This document shows, in pieces, positions 61,791 to 64,000 of a stretch of 64,000 nt of DNA. Positions within the stretch are counted from its first letter, which is position 1; every line of letters starts with the position of its first letter. The stretch comes from Reyranella sp. (GTDB taxonomy: Bacteria > Pseudomonadota > Alphaproteobacteria > Reyranellales > Reyranellaceae), in contig NZ_JAUSBN010000087.1 of assembly GCF_030651995.1 (NCBI RefSeq), positions 1,825 through 65,824 of the forward strand, written 5' to 3'. A program made the translations under genes and the position numbers. The notes under the pieces were generated by a model. The model saw nothing but the letters and a program-made list of their open reading frames with translations, was not told where the DNA came from and did not search any database.

Positions 61791-62714
61791 ATGCCCTACG
61801 AGGTCCGCCGCGATTTCATCGGCTACGGCGCCAACCCGCCCGATCCGAAATGGCCCGGCGGCGCGCGCATCGCCGTGAACTTCGTCATGAACTACGAGGA
61901 GGGCTCCGAGCCCTCCATCCAGGACGGCGAAGGGCACACGGAAATCGGCCTCAGCGACGCGAGCCGCATGGGCCAGTCCATCCAGGGGCGCGACCTCGCG
62001 GCCGAAGGCCTGTTCGAATATGGCAGCCGTGTCGGCTTCTGGCGGCTGATGCGGCTCTTCCAGGAACGCGGCCTGCCGATGACGATCTTCGGCTGCGGGC
62101 TGGCGATGGAGCGCAATCCCGAAGCGTCGGCCGCCATCGCCAAGTCGGGCTTCGACGTCTGCTCGCATGGCTGGCGCTGGATCAAGCACTACGAGCTCGA
62201 CGAGGCGACCGAGCGCGACCATATCCGCAAGGCGATCGCCGCCATCCAGAAGATGACCGGCGAGCGACCGCTCGGCTGGTACTGCCGCTATGGACCGGGC
62301 GTGAACACGCGCCGCCTCGTCGTCGAGGAAGGCGGCTTCCTCTACGACAGCGACTATTACGGTGAGGAGCTGCCCTTCTGGCTGACCGTCGACGGCAAAC
62401 CGCAGCTCGTCGTGCCCTACTCCGTCACCAACAATGACGGCCAGTTCGCCGCGTCGATCGGCACGTCGGACCAATGGTTCTCCTTCGTGCGCGACGCCTT
62501 CGACATGCTCTACCGCGAGGGCGCGACGCAACCCAAGATGATGTCGATCGGCCTGCACATGCGCCTGATCGGCCATCCCGCCCGCGCCGTCGGACTGCAG
62601 CGCCTGCTCGATCACATCCAGAAGCACGAAGGCGTCTGGGTGACCCGCCGCCTCGACATCGCCCGGCACTGGATCAAGACCCATCCCTATCCGGGCAAGG
62701 GCCTGAATGAGTAA
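61791..62714 (+). CDS. PuuE-like allantoinase/polysaccharide deacetylase-fold hydrolase, paralog 2
   Basis: RDFIGYG..PPDPKWPGGAR, NYEEG, EYGSRVGFWR, HGWRW and LHMRLIGHPAR. Confidence 0.92.
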   Translation: MPYEVRRDFIGYGANPPDPKWPGGARIAVNFVMNYEEGSEPSIQDGEGHTEIGLSDASRMGQSIQGRDLAAEGLFEYGSRVGFWRLMRLFQERGLPMTIFGCGLAMERNPEASAAIAKSGFDVCSHGWRWIKHYELDEATERDHIRKAIAAIQKMTGERPLGWYCRYGPGVNTRRLVVEEGGFLYDSDYYGEELPFWLTVDGKPQLVVPYSVTNNDGQFAASIGTSDQWFSFVRDAFDMLYREGATQPKMMSIGLHMRLIGHPARAVGLQRLLDHIQKHEGVWVTRRLDIARHWIKTHPYPGKGLNE

Positions 62715-62718
62715 TCTT

Positions 62719-62787
62719 TGTCATCCCGAGCGCAGCGAGGGATCCTTCAATCCACGGGAAAGGTCCCTCGCTACGCTCGGGATGGCA
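62719..62787. repeat. REP-like palindromic element, family A variant copy 3
   Basis: TGTCATCCCGAGCGCAGCGAGGGATC (62719-62744) is an inverted repeat of GGTCCCTCGCTACGCTCGGGATGGCA (62762-62787), 3 mismatches. Confidence 0.88.
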
Positions 62788-62805
62788 GAGTGTATTGTCG
62801 GGACC

Positions 62806-63138
62806 ATGGACCATCCGGTGATCCTGGTACGCGACTGGAAGCAGACCGAGGCAGCGCTGCTGGCGGCGCGCGCCTCGGGCACGGCGCCGGTGCTGCTGAC
62901 GCCTGAGGATGCCGCCTCGTTCTACGGCGCTGGATATCTCGGCGCCCTGCAGGAGCGCGCGCGCGAAGAGTTCCCAGACGTGGCCTTCACGCTGATCGTC
63001 GATTGCGGCGACGCGCCGGGCTACGCGCTGGCCTGCCTGCGTGCCGGCGTGCGCACGCTGTCGATGCGCACCTGGAACGACAAGATTGCCGACATCGCCC
63101 GTCAGATGGGCGCCGAACTGGTGAGGAGACCTTCATGA
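62806..63138 (+). CDS. Small conserved hypothetical protein (110 aa)
   Basis: Motifs A...A.S.YGAG.L and DCGDAPG.AL..LRAG. The stop overlaps the next ATG (ATGA). Confidence 0.75.
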   Translation: MDHPVILVRDWKQTEAALLAARASGTAPVLLTPEDAASFYGAGYLGALQERAREEFPDVAFTLIVDCGDAPGYALACLRAGVRTLSMRTWNDKIADIARQMGAELVRRPS

Positions 63139-64000
63139 GCTGGCAACCGACTCGCGACCTGATCGGCTATGGCCCCAATCCGCCCGATCCGAAATGGCCC
63201 GGCGGCGCGCGCCTCGCGATCAACTTCGTCGTCAACTACGAGGAAGGCTCCGAGCCGTCGGTCCAGGATGGCGAGGGCTACACCGAGACCGGCCTCACCG
63301 AATCGAGCACCTCCTCGATCGGCCTTAAGGGCCGCGATCTCGCCGGCGAGGGCATGTTCGAATATGGCAGCCGGGTCGGCTTCTGGCGCATCCATCGAGC
63401 CTTCCAGGAACGCGGAATGCCGCTCACCGTGTTCGGCTGCGCGCTGGCGCTGGAGCGCAATCCGCTGGCCGCACAGGCGATCCGGGCCGCAGGCTGGGAC
63501 GTCTGTTGCCATGGCTGGCGCTGGGTCCGCCACTTCCAGCTTTCCGAAGCGGAGGAACGCGAGCATATCCAGAAGGCCATCAAGTCGCTGGAGCAGACGG
63601 TCGGCGAGCGGCCGGCCGGCTGGTACTGCCGCTATGGCCCCAGCGTGAACACGCGCCGCCTGCTGATCGAGGAAGGCGGCTTCACCTACGACAGCGACTA
63701 TTACGGCGAGGAACTGCCCTTCTGGCAGACAGTCGAGGGCAAGCCGCACCTCATCGTGCCCTATTCGCTGACCAACAACGACGGCAAGTACGCCGCCGGC
63801 ATGGTCCACTCCGAGCAGTGGTTCGGCCTGGTGAAGGATGCATTCGACGTCCTCTACAAGGAAGGCTCGACGCAGCCCAAGATGATGTCGGTCGGCCTGC
63901 ACCAGCGCCTGATCGGCCATCCCGCCCGTATGGCCGGCCTGTGGCGCTTCCTCGATTATGTTCAGAAGCACCAGGGCGTCTGGGTCACCAAGCGCATCGA
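63135..64000 (+). CDS. PuuE-like hydrolase, paralog 3, 3'-partial (absent from the ORF track because it runs off the window)
   Basis: Read by hand: MSWQPTRDLIGYGPNPPDPKWPGGARLAINFVVNYEEG...EYGSRVGFWR...HGWRW...LHQRLIGHPAR. Confidence 0.92.
   Translation, partial: MSWQPTRDLIGYGPNPPDPKWPGGARLAINFVVNYEEGSEPSVQDGEGYTETGLTESSTSSIGLKGRDLAGEGMFEYGSRVGFWRIHRAFQERGMPLTVFGCALALERNPLAAQAIRAAGWDVCCHGWRWVRHFQLSEAEEREHIQKAIKSLEQTVGERPAGWYCRYGPSVNTRRLLIEEGGFTYDSDYYGEELPFWQTVEGKPHLIVPYSLTNNDGKYAAGMVHSEQWFGLVKDAFDVLYKEGSTQPKMMSVGLHQRLIGHPARMAGLWRFLDYVQKHQGVWVTKRI

Noticed and set aside
62707-62805. N-terminal extension MSNLCHPERSEGS... of the 110-aa gene
   Set aside because: It is the translated family A repeat, and a usable ATG at 62806 follows the element, unlike the case at 59572.

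Overview
GC-rich alphaproteobacterial chromosome segment. Gene order and paralog style suggest a Rhodospirillales/Reyranella-like organism (inference). No tRNA, rRNA, CRISPR array, transposase or phage gene was seen. (i) 1-34 kb is a mosaic of catabolic and envelope genes: CoA-transferase, SDRs, a GMC oxidase, iorAB-paaI, a DTW protein, a duplicated-domain hypothetical with an orphan biotin carrier and YeiH, a TTT receptor, ndvB-like GH17-GT2 glucan synthase followed by pmtA-like and Nudix genes, a GT-C-like membrane protein, and a sugar ABC operon. (ii) 34-54 kb is the conserved core block thiD-glmM-folP-ftsH-tilS-cpoB-pal-tolBARQ-ybgC-ruvBAC-yebC-ymdB-5FCL-6S RNA-zapA-zauP on the minus strand, divergent from tkt-gap. 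(iii) 54.3-64 kb is a GntR-linked N-heterocycle/ureide catabolic locus with three PuuE-like paralogs, an M20 amidohydrolase, ureidoglycolate lyase and an ABC importer, with two perfect palindromic operators. The best leads are: this triple-PuuE locus and its operators; a candidate ~108-nt three-hairpin sRNA between ymdB and yebC; a 125-bp palindromic repeat that appears to supply the Shine-Dalgarno, start codon and N-terminus of an ABC permease; and the duplicated-domain/biotin-carrier/YeiH unit. Start sites were re-called by eye where the ORF track over-extends. All functional calls come from motif recognition, not database searches.
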